This document shows positions 53,903-64,000 of a DNA stretch of 64,000 nt, piece after piece. The position numbers and the translations under genes are program-made. Position 1 is the stretch's first letter. Each line of letters opens with the position of its first letter. Under the pieces are notes generated by a model that saw nothing but the letters and a program-made list of their open reading frames with translations, did no database searches and was not told the origin of the DNA. The stretch comes from Tubiluchus corallicola (lineage: Eukaryota; Animalia; Priapulida), in assembly GCA_030141605.1 (NCBI GenBank), contig JAQGDQ010000125.1:62001-126000 (forward strand), written 5' to 3'.

Positions 53903-56900
53903 TTATTTCTTTGCTGCTTCATCTTCCTTTGCAAAAACTTTCAGCATCTCTTCATGCTTTTGCTGCTGTCTTAGCTCCCGTCTCTTTCTTGCTTCTTTCA
54001 CTTTATTGCGTCTTGCCTCAGCTTGATCACTGCAATATTAGTAACATGTGCAGTTGTATAAATTGGAACTAGCAAGAGTTAGATAATGATTAAAATGCAA
54101 AACAATTTGCTATAATAATAATGATGATAATCTTTATTTAAAGTCGGCTTTTGGATGAACAATTAACATAAGCTCCAAAGAGCTTTTGGGCCGACTGTAA
54201 ACAACAATCTACACCTACATAAGAGACTATTATTACCCGACTTTTACCCTAAATACCATGTGCCAGGTAGGGCAACAGCATTTTTAAAGTGTTTGGTATG
54301 ACCCGGCTGCTGTATCAAACTCACAACTTCCCAGACGGAAAGCAGAAGCTACACACAACAAGCTAATAAACATGAAACCAATGGCTGACAAAGTTGTTCA
54401 TGGTTTTGTCATTTGATTCTAATTATTAATAATTGATAATAAGACTCATATCAGGTACAACTACAGTATCAGTAATCACACCAATTAATATTGCAGCACT
54501 CAGAGAGCCTGTGGTGATATTTACATGAATTCATAACATTAAGCGACTTATTATGTGGTACATTGTAGAAGTTCCGTCATCTTAAAAGTACTACCATAGC
54601 ATTATTCACATTTTGTTTATTGAGAACAACAAGCAAAGTGTTTTTACCTGCTGGGACACAGGTAAAGGGGAACCATGAGACAATTATTACAAGTAACTCT
54701 TATGGGCCAAAAAGTAAATGTATGTAATATATCATTTTAATTTCAGCATTACTGTGTAGTATCATTTTCAGTGTAAATAACAGCAACAGGACAACTGTAT
54801 ACACTATCAGACCTAGAAGTTATACCGTGTGCTAAGTGAGTTTGCTCATCGACCAAAGCAGTCTACATTTCTACAAAATGATTGTCCACATTGTGGACAA
54901 CAGTTATCATTAAGTTAGACTTCCCAAGCCAATAAACATCTGAACGTTAGAATTTCATTAAAGTCTTGAGCTGAATAATTTATGAGTGGATCCATTCACA
55001 ATACCTCCTTCAATGTTGCACCTCATGCTCAATGCATCCAATGATACCTCCCTAAATGATGCATCTCATACTCAATGCATTTACAAGGCTGCACAGTATT
55101 TAGCTGCACTGCTGTATTTAAATATTCCAACATGTTTTGCCTCTTACGTGAGAATGATCAGTGAAGTAAGGATTATTACATCATTCACATTTCAATACGG
55201 ATGTCATGAATCTGAAATTACCATAGAAAAGTACCGAATCTCACTTTCATAATAATTTTCGAATCCGGATCGAATCCGAAACCCAGTTTAAAGTAATTTT
55301 CGAAACCAAATCAAATTCAAATCTCAATTTTTCAGATTGTTCTTTCAACCGAATGTTTTTTGAATCTACGCAGTTTTCAACCAAATTATAGCAGATTGGT
55401 AAGACGGTAGTATTTTTCACAAATATTACAGATAACCAGTCTGAGTAGCACGTTTGACAATAATTCTGTAATAAAGACTATAGAAGATCTAATCACTTTG
55501 TGACTGACTTTTTCTGCCGATGACTAACAATATAAAATCGTCTGTTAGACAAAAAACCACGGCCATTTAAGGCACATCATGCATTGTTAGCGAAACCACG
55601 TTCTCTCAAAGTAATATGAAAAATCTTTGCATTTTTGCTGAAACTAGCAGTTAAAATCATAATGCAATGCGTGCTTTCACTTAGGATTTCATGAGTTGGA
55701 CACATGCTGAAAATGAATATGGTGACGTCGGCGTATTTTAAGTAAGAAAATTTTAAAGGTAAATGAGCGTATAATGCTTTTATAATAAAGCGTCACCGAA
55801 TCACCTGTGTAGCCAAAGTCTCTGCTGAATTGGGTCCGATCTACGGTAACTTAGAACGTCAGCAAACTGAATCGGATCAAAGCTTCGATTCGGATTCGAC
55901 GCTCTGATTTTGTGCGAGCTTTGTGACATCCCTACATTTTACAAAAAAAAATTGAAGAGAAGGCTGCAATCAAAACAACAAACCTTAATTGCTTGCTTCT
56001 AGATTTCTCTGCCTTTCTCTTGTGTATAAATTCCATCAAGACACGTTTGTTCTTGAATTCATTACCCTTTGCCTTTCTATACAATTGGTGATACCTGCAA
56101 AAGTTAACCAAGATGCATTTAACTGCATCAAAACATTGTACATCAGAAAAACATGGAATATAGGACATTATGTTAGTGTAATTAGTCAGTTCCTTTAGTA
56201 CACCCTTTGTATAAAAGTTTATGCAGTACAATATAGCAGATCTGAGTAAAAAAGTTAAATGCATTACAGCAAATTATTTGTTTATAGAAAATATTATTTT
56301 TGACAAAATAATAAAAGGAAACTACAAAACCGATCCAGGATAATAAATTAAGAAATCAAGAAAATGCACTTTGGCAAAGTACCAGGTCATTCACCAAAGT
56401 ACATTCCTGGGACTCTATAGCAGCACTTGAGTCAAACTGCCAATACTGGTGACAATCTTTCCTTCTCTCTGATTATGTGATGCAACTATAGCGACTACCT
56501 TTCGCCATTTGGTGTGAAATACATTATCAATGTTTTTTAAAAAGTAAAACCACAACTTTAACAAGGAACATTTGTTATAATACTAGATGTAGCCTGAAAG
56601 AATAAACAACTTGACGGTAATATCAATTAACTTTTCACAAGAAGTATGTTCAAACCGTTTTTGTTTTGTAATCCAGTGCAACCCGAACGATGTTCAAGCG
56701 AAATTTAAGTCCTGTATTATATAATATGTATAAAAATCCAAACTTTGGCTAAACATATTTTTATTTGTTCATCAATAATTCTAAACAATATAATACATTT
56801 ACTTGGTCCTTGTGCCAAATTTTGATAGTGCCATACCAATATTGGTAGATTAATCTCCACAAGGCATCTTCTATACAAAAAGCAGGCCATTTAAGTTTTC

Positions 56901-57897
56901 ATAAAAATGCATTATAATAATAAGCAATATGTACTGCTTTGGAGTCAATTGCTAAGAGCTGTGACAATTTACATAAACTTACAAATGACGATCAATTTTC
57001 TTAGTTTCTCTGTATTTCTTCAGTAATCTCCGCAAAACTCGAATGCGCCTCATCCATAGGACCTTGACTGGCATACGAGCATTAGCTGTTCCCTTTCGCT
57101 TTCCTCTACCTGTATGCCTTCCTTTTCTACGTGCAATCATATTCTTACGAACACGAGCACGAGAATGAACAGCTACTGGCTTGCGAATGATCAATCCATC
57201 CTTTATCAATTTGCGAATGTTCTGTCCTATTTCAGATAATAAAAATGTATAAAATTAAAGATACCTTAAACTTGCAACAAAAACACAATATAAATGTTCT
57301 GTCCTATTTCAGATAATAAAAATGTATAAAATTAAAGATACCTTAAACTTGCAACAAAAACACAATATAAACACTCATTTATACTATTAACTAAAAATTT
57401 TACATCCACTAATCCACTAGGAGTTTCCATTATTACAGTTTTTATCACCTATGAGTGACATGATCACAGCTAAAGAAACAAGTCATTAAATCGCAAATAC
57501 TTACTTGAATTCGCATTAGCTATTTCATTTGTTTCGTTTGGATCAAGCCATACTTTATTTCTTCCGCACTTCAAAACTGAAGATGCTAGTCGCTTTTGAA
57601 GTCTTAACGTACTAGAAACCAGATTAAATGAAATTTATGATTTCAATGATACCAAACTACGATACGTAAACACAAACAATCGAACATGAGTAACTTGATA
57701 AACATTTTACATTACGTGCAATGGAAGACGCTACATTGTTACACATTAAAAACAGGGGACGCAGTCAGGCAAGTACCCCATAGTTGTATTAGTTATAAAA
57801 CCTAATAATTTTAGTTTGCACAGTTACTATTTATAAAGTCATAAAATGAATAAAAAAGCATTTCGATAGGAGTTATTTCACTCATTTTTTACCTCAT
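53903..57897 (-). CDS. RPL19: 60S ribosomal protein eL19, 197 aa
   Basis: Exons (minus): 57893-57897, 57505-57611, 56983-57226, 55984-56094, 53903-54029 (594 nt). Translation MS|[36 protein letters not shown]|[13 protein letters not shown]...[12 protein letters not shown]...[16 protein letters not shown]...DQAEARR. Minus-strand AATAAA at 53857-53862. Confidence 0.98.
54112..54365 (-). mobile_element. tRNA-derived SINE with a Meta-SINE-like core, in RPL19 intron 4
   Basis: The minus strand reads a degenerate tRNA-like head, then GGGTCATACCAAACACTTTAAAAATG...CCCTACCTGGCAC (similar to the recalled Meta core), then an (ATT/ATC)n tail. Confidence 0.65.
55196..55934. mobile_element. hAT-like MITE in RPL19 intron 4
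   Basis: Ends TACGGATGTCATGAA and TAGGGATGTCACAAA (reverse complement). Subterminal CGAATC/GATTCG arrays are in opposite orientation. Flanks catttcaa / cattttac (6/8). Confidence 0.75.
57216..57371. repeat. Perfect 77-bp tandem duplication spanning the RPL19 intron 2 / exon 3 acceptor
   Basis: aatgttctgtcctatttcagat...aaacacaatata occurs at 57216-57292 and 57293-57369. Confidence 0.95.
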
Positions 57898-57918
57898 GGT
57901 CGAGCTACGTATAGTATT

Positions 57919-57927
57919 AAAAAGAGG
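57919..57927 (-). promoter_or_regulatory. TCT / polypyrimidine (5'TOP) initiator of RPL19
   Basis: Minus-strand CCTCTTTTT ending 21 nt upstream of the ATG fits the TCT consensus of animal ribosomal-protein genes. Confidence 0.75.
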
Positions 57928-58319
57928 TCGAACAACGTGCGTCTCAGAAACTATACTAGAAAAAAATAGTGCATTTCCCGAAAGTTGGTTGCACGTTGTA
58001 ATTAAACTGCATGTTTAACTACCAAAATAGAACTTAATGCACAATCTACATAACATTACAATCTTTTGGTAATTATCAGTGACCGGAAATTTAAATAAGC
58101 GTACGAAAATTGTTTAGGCGTATTAATATGGCGCTTGTTGCGCATCTTACGCGAAGCTGTGCAATATGCAATTGTGCACTTTCAGAAGCACTCTCAGTCA
58201 CAGACTCACTGTATTGTAGAGCGGGAATTAATGTGTGAGATGCGATTTCGTTGCTAGCCGGTGTACGTCTTCGCTGGTGAGGTTTTCCCGTAGAGTTTGG
58301 TTGCAGTCTGCCTGGAAAA

Positions 58320-59260
58320 ATGGAAAATGCACAAGCCATGTCTCACTCTGATGACCACATAAGCGTGGTTCCCATTATGGGAGCTGAAGGAGAGGAAGTT
58401 GATGCTGGGACATACAAAGGAAAATCCATTGCTGTTTTCACTAGTGGAGGCGATGCACAAGGTTCGATTAGCGTTAGAAATGCATATTGAAAATACTGAT
58501 AGCATTTCGATTAAATCTCTTTACCATAATTTACAGACAATCACAATATCGGTGTTCCAGATGATGCTGATGTGGTTTGGAACTTGTCAATCCTTATGCG
58601 GTTTATGCCGCCGAGCTCTTGCCTCAGCTTGTAAGGCATGCTTCTGAGCCGAATGCTTGAACATTTTTGTGACTGGACATAGTTGGTGTCTTGGTAGCAC
58701 TGGATCACATCAAAACAATATCAATCAAATACATAAGTTTTCTAAATCAAGAGACTAACTTTTTTGTGGTGCTTGCACTGTAACTACAAAGATCGTAATG
58801 ATTTGGTACATTGAATACACTATATACACATACGTAGAGCAGTATCTATAACTAAGGGTATTAGTATCATGCTGTAGTTTGTAGACATGTTTCTCATTAA
58901 TCCAATCTACGTTTTGTTCTTCAATTAACATACTTTTGGATGGACCCTTTAAACTGATTAACTGTAACTGCTTCCATAGCCTTTCGAGGTAAACCGTTCC
59001 ACTAGTCAATTATCCTATGGCTGAAAAAATAATGGCCATTACAGACTTTTACGGTAGCACTTATTAACAAACTGTATTGATAGAGCTTTAATTGCTTTTA
59101 TAGTGTGAATTTTCGTGTCTGAATAATCAGGTGATGCGGAAGACAGAATGTCTTGGGTTGGAGTCCCAATTGTGTGAAAATTTTTTTCTAATTTTCTAAT
59201 TTAGTTAATGAAGAATCACAATTACGAAGAAAGATAGAATTATATATGTATATAATATAA

Positions 59261-59301
<41 letters not shown>

Positions 59302-62300
59302 TTATATCACTGATACCAATATTGTGGTTTATTATCAGATTAAATATTAAAAAAACGAAAAAGATCACATGAATTTTTTTTGGATTTTTTTATATGTATT
59401 AACAATTTCAAAAATATTTCAATTAAAAAATAAGATAGATAGAGGCAAAGTGTAGATAAAAATCACAAGAAAAACTGAAGCATAAAATCGCCAGTCACAA
59501 TCTTAATATTTTAGATTGAAATGTATACACGTGTTTTCTCTGTTTTTCTTTTGCAGTGTTTATCCTCTGTGTGACAGAGCCTGTATACTTTTGCTATCAA
59601 AAAATGTAGTATTTAGTAATCTAATTAATTTTATGTGATTTTTCCTTTTTTAATCTTTCACCTGATCTATGATAAACCACTACAGTGGTTTGAAATATCG
59701 TGTTTTCTTTTTCGTAACTATATAATAGCTGCACCTATTCAAGTATCATAAAGATTAAATTTGCATTTCAGTTTAGTGTTGCCTTTATATGTGTTCATAG
59801 AATTCAGCATAAAGATAAATGATCTACTCTGCTAAACGCTAAGATATGAAAACTGCTATAGCCTTGCTATTAATTACTACTCCAGTTAGTAGTGATGGGC
59901 CGAGCTGACCAGTGGTCAATGAACAAACAGCAGTGTTCTGTGATTAGTGAAGAAGTTCTGATCAGCTCGTCATTGAATTATTGATCGTTTGTTAAACTGT
60001 TGAGCCAATCTCACCATAAGAACTGCTGAATTTTTAAGGAAATGTAAAAATAAAATATTTAAGGCTTATAGCAAAACTTTTGAAATGATGAGCATATTGT
60101 TACGATGAAATTATTTTTGTGCAGTATTCATATTGCGTTCACCTGCTTTATTGATGAGATTCCACTTTCAAACTGAAAAGCCGTCAGCCAAACACAAGCA
60201 GCAGATTACACTGATGCTCTTAGAAATTAAAATATGTTTCTTATACTGTAAAATTAGCATCAGGTCCTAAATGTTTATGTATAAAAATTTGTTAACGTTC
60301 TAGGTATGAATGCAGCTGTACGAGCTGTAGTACGAATGGGTATTTATGTTGGATGCAAAGTTTATTACATCTATGAGGTATAGTTATCGTTCCTTTTTTA
60401 TCAGTGCCAGTAAAAGCCCAGCATCTATATATTTAGTGTAATGTTGTGTATATGATAATGTAATTATAGTGTACTATACTGCTGCACAAAGGTAAAAAGT
60501 ACAGTAACTGACAAATTTGGCTGAACTGAGTTTCTATCATTTTTGCACAATGCAGTATGTGCTCTTTTATTACAGCAACATGCCAAGGTCCTATGATGCT
60601 AAAATACTGAAAAATGAATAGACATTTTATGCATGATTTACCAGTTATTGCTGTCATCCCAAGGCAAATTGCAGTAACTGATGCACATACTGCATACTAC
60701 CTTTGTTTTAATCAGTTATTGCACAATGTCTAGAGCAATGCTGCTCAATAGATACTGCAGTTTGCCGTTGCATAAACACTTACTTTGAAAATAAGGGGCA
60801 GATATTGCCTAACGTAAACAATGGCTTCAATTGATTGGTCTCTCACTGTAGTTGAAATCAGATAGAATACTACTCTCACTGATCAGTCTAACATCGAGTT
60901 CCTTAGAGGGAAAACAATTTTTGAATTATCTTTAAATTCTTTATCTAAACATATAAAGAATCACACTGTTGCAGAGATCAAGCATCAAGAACCCGAGATT
61001 TTATTAAAAACATTTTTGTGTTAAACTTCTTCTTATTTTGCTACATGTGTGCAAAAGAATTCCTTGTTGAAAGTGGTTTCAGTGTTAGTAGCAATTTAAG
61101 TTCTAGTTTAACTTAGTTAATTTTCTAAATTGTATGTTAAATATCTAATTCAAATTACCGTATATGCTCGCATATAAGCCGAATTTAGAACTATAAAAGA
61201 CAATACTGAAATCAGGGGGTCGACTTATATGCGCATGAAACAAAATGAACACAAGGACAGACACTAATGCCAATTTTCATCGCTATCTGACTCTTTATTT
61301 GGTTGTGTGTCACCAGTGGTGTATTGGAGGGGGATCGTGGGGGATCGATTCATATCAAAATGTATAATTTCTTCTATTTCGTCTAGTATGTAACATAAAA
61401 GCAAGCATTTTACATCTTTATAGTAAAAAATTTCTATGAACCAAAAATACCCAATTAACAAAATGTGACAAAAAGGGATCAATTTTGTTGATTGGGTATG
61501 GAGTAAAATTAGACAAGTTGATGGTCGGCTTATATACGGGTTTTTGCAAAAACTGGCCATTTTAAAGCAGTTTTAGGGGGTCGTCTTATATGCGATGTAG
61601 GCTTATATGCGAGTATATACGGTACAAATTTTGTACTGGTATTTGCTGAGTAAATTCAACGTTTAAATGAAATATTAAGGATAAATTTACTTAGTGCAAT
61701 ATTTTTTGGAAAAAATCGTCTTGCATTTCTGTTGTTTATACACAAGAACAAATTCAACCAATTATCTAAGTTTAAAAAGTGCATAATATAAAAACGATAA
61801 TTATATAGTACAATTAAATGTAATGCGTTGCTTATAATCTAGCCGTACAGTTAAGAAATAAAGTGCATCAGTGTTGCACTTCCTTTTTTTCACCAAATCT
61901 GTCAAGCTGGGCAACTAAAGAAAACAAATAGATATTGTATTCATTATAATCTAAATATATTCATTCATACGCTGCAAATAAATAGATATTGTATTCATTA
62001 TAATCTAAATATATTCATTCATACGCTGCAAATAAATAGATATTGTATTCATTATAATCTAAATACATTCATTCAAATGCTGCGAACGAGCTGCGCACCA
62101 CAGCTGGATAGTATGACAAACTTCAAATTAGGCTGAAGTATCTGCAAATTCTTGGTTTTCTCCCTCAGATGAATCAGTGAAATTGCCTAAGTTACATCCC
62201 AAAAATCACCTAGTAGACCTTGCGATCGAATCGTCACATTATAGTCTATGTCCATGCAAGGCAATTAACAAGGCATTCAATTAAACTTCAAAATGACTTT

Positions 62301-63940
62301 TCTCAGTTTGCAGGTTTGCACAGATACTGCAGTTTACCTTTGTAGGGCATTATAGTGTAATTTTATATATAGTTTGCATGTATAGTGTATTAATCACGTA
62401 AAATATAGGGTATACTATATTTAGTGTAGCACTTATTATATAGGCCTAATATTTATCATTTAAGCACAGCCATTCTAAGCACTTATGATTTCACTATTAT
62501 TATAATTCTTTATAAGCCATCAAACTGGTAAAATTTTGCTGCTGTAAAATTTTCAAATGCTCATTTGTAACAAAAAATGCTGCATTAACTGTATAGCTCT
62601 ATTGATGATGAAAATGATGATAGTTTATAGTTTAAAAAGTAAAGGTGTAAAAATAGGTAGCCATCACACGTGCTTGTGTCAAAATAAATGCTTAACTTAA
62701 CATGTGCAACTGTATATTAAAACTGTTAGAGATAGTAAGCGATTAGTGCCATAAAACTTTTCTTCTACAACAGTAGTTTGTGCAAACTGCCTGCACAACA
62801 CATTCAAGATTTTTAGCAAATATGTAAGCATTTGGGTGATGAGTCAAATAGCTTATTATACTAACAACTCAACACAAGACTTCTTGTATTCTTCCATTAC
62901 TTTTGCTGCCTGATGTGTCAGTAATCATGAAATGCTCATTATATTAGTTTTACACACTAAGAAGGCAAAGACATAATAAAAAGAAGTTATTCTGCCTATG
63001 CCTTATCATGCTAAGTACTACGTGTGCACATTTTCTAAACTTCACTTTCCCAGATTGCCTATCCCTAGTAACTTTTTTATTTTCCTGGCACGTAATACAT
63101 GTTGCTGGTCTTGCTGACCTTGGGTGAAGAACATCTTGTCTTTACAGGCTCACCTGCTATAGGCCAGTACATGAAACAAGTGTTTCTATTAATGAATCTT
63201 TTACCAGTTGAGATGCTGGGCTTCTATGAAGCCATTGAATATGCAGGACCTGTTCCTAAAAATAGCCCCTGTTGTTGCTGCTGGTTTAAAATTACTGCCT
63301 AGCAGCGCTAAATCTTTTTCTGCCCTCCCTGGTATTTTCATGGCATCACTTGCCGAAAGTTCTTTGCCTTTATTTAAATTATGAATTTAATAAGCAATAG
63401 TATAGGATCTTTAAATTAAAACTATTCTGGCCATTTTTAAGCAACTGTGAATTACAGTAAGTCAAGTGATTGTTGATATTAGCTTAGTAGTATTACAGCA
63501 GACCTGTTCAAGTTAGTAAATTGGAGAAAATTGCATATGTCCTAAGTCTTTTGAACTGTTCATTAGAATGGCAGGCTTTGCAATGTACGGGTCCTACTGT
63601 ATATTAGTTTTAGTGATGTTTGCATACCAGGAAAAAGCACTTATAAAATTTAGAAGTTCAGAGCCAGTGCAACTTGGAAATAGTTAAAATTGTAAATAGT
63701 GTGATTTAAACTGATAGACTTGGCGCTTTTTCATCCACTTCTGAGTGCTTGCTATTGTTATTATCGTAATTCTACCTAGTTCAAAACATTTTTGTGATGT
63801 CTTTTTTACTTATTTTTTGTCAATTATTTTGTTTAAGCATATTATGCAGGTCGTTTTTTTCTTTAAAGGGTTATCAAGGAATGGTAGATGGGCATATTGA
63901 AGAGGCACAGTGGGGAAGTGTTTCGGGGATTATACAACAG
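58320..63940 (+). CDS. PFK: ATP-dependent 6-phosphofructokinase, eukaryotic type; exons 1-3, gene continues beyond the window
   Basis: Exons 58320-58461, 60304-60377, 63869-63940. Translation MENAQAMSHS...KGKSIAVFTSGGDAQG|MNAAVRAVVRMGIYVGCKVYYIYE|GYQGMVDGHIEEAQWGSVSGIIQQ. Confidence 0.96.
59244..59306. repeat. (TA)n microsatellite
   Basis: Visible TA run in PFK intron 1. Confidence 0.9.
61158..61622. mobile_element. Tc2-like (Tc1/mariner superfamily) MITE, 465 bp
   Basis: TIR CCGTATAT(G/A)CTCGCATATAAGCC, TA on both flanks, and internal repeats GGTCG.CTTATAT.CG. Confidence 0.9.
61926..62083. repeat. 54-bp minisatellite, about 3 copies
   Basis: Unit aaatagatattgtattcattataatctaaatatattcattcatacgctgcaaat starts at 61926, 61980 and 62034. 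Confidence 0.95.
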
Positions 63941-64000
63941 GTATGCTATCTTTGTATTAAAATTTTCATAGCTTCTGTTCAAGAGAGGTAGCTGAGAGCA

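Noticed and set aside
53569-54072. 167-aa plus-strand ORF
   Set aside because: Antisense to the last RPL19 exon and its 3' region; no homology recognised.
59075-59185. tRNA-like B-box sequence (ggttggagtccc); a similar minus-strand one lies near 3775
   Set aside because: No cloverleaf can be drawn; more likely decayed SINE heads.

Overview
AT-rich, intron-rich eukaryotic genomic DNA from an invertebrate animal (lineage not determinable from the sequence). Exons were read by hand using GT-AG boundaries and phase continuity, giving seven spliced protein-coding genes: FAF2/UBXD8 (-), IDI1 (+), RPN2 (+), a TPD52-family gene (-), SF3B6 (+), RPL19 (-) and the first three exons of PFK (+, runs off the window). 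Introns and intergenic DNA carry hAT-, Tc1/mariner- and Merlin/MULE-like MITEs, decayed LINEs, a SINE and tandem repeats. The main observation is that RPN2 appears to host at least three intronic box H/ACA snoRNAs. Two are paralogues with compensatory base changes and pockets complementary to conserved 18S rRNA sites. The third lies in a last intron whose removal does not change the protein. Also notable: a cluster of frame-preserving microexons in the TPD52-like gene, an exact duplication of an RPL19 splice acceptor, a mitochondrial-presequence-like IDI1 extension, and a TIR/TSD-bounded element filled with telomere-like repeats. No database searches or folding programs were run; homologies and rRNA targets are from recalled sequences.
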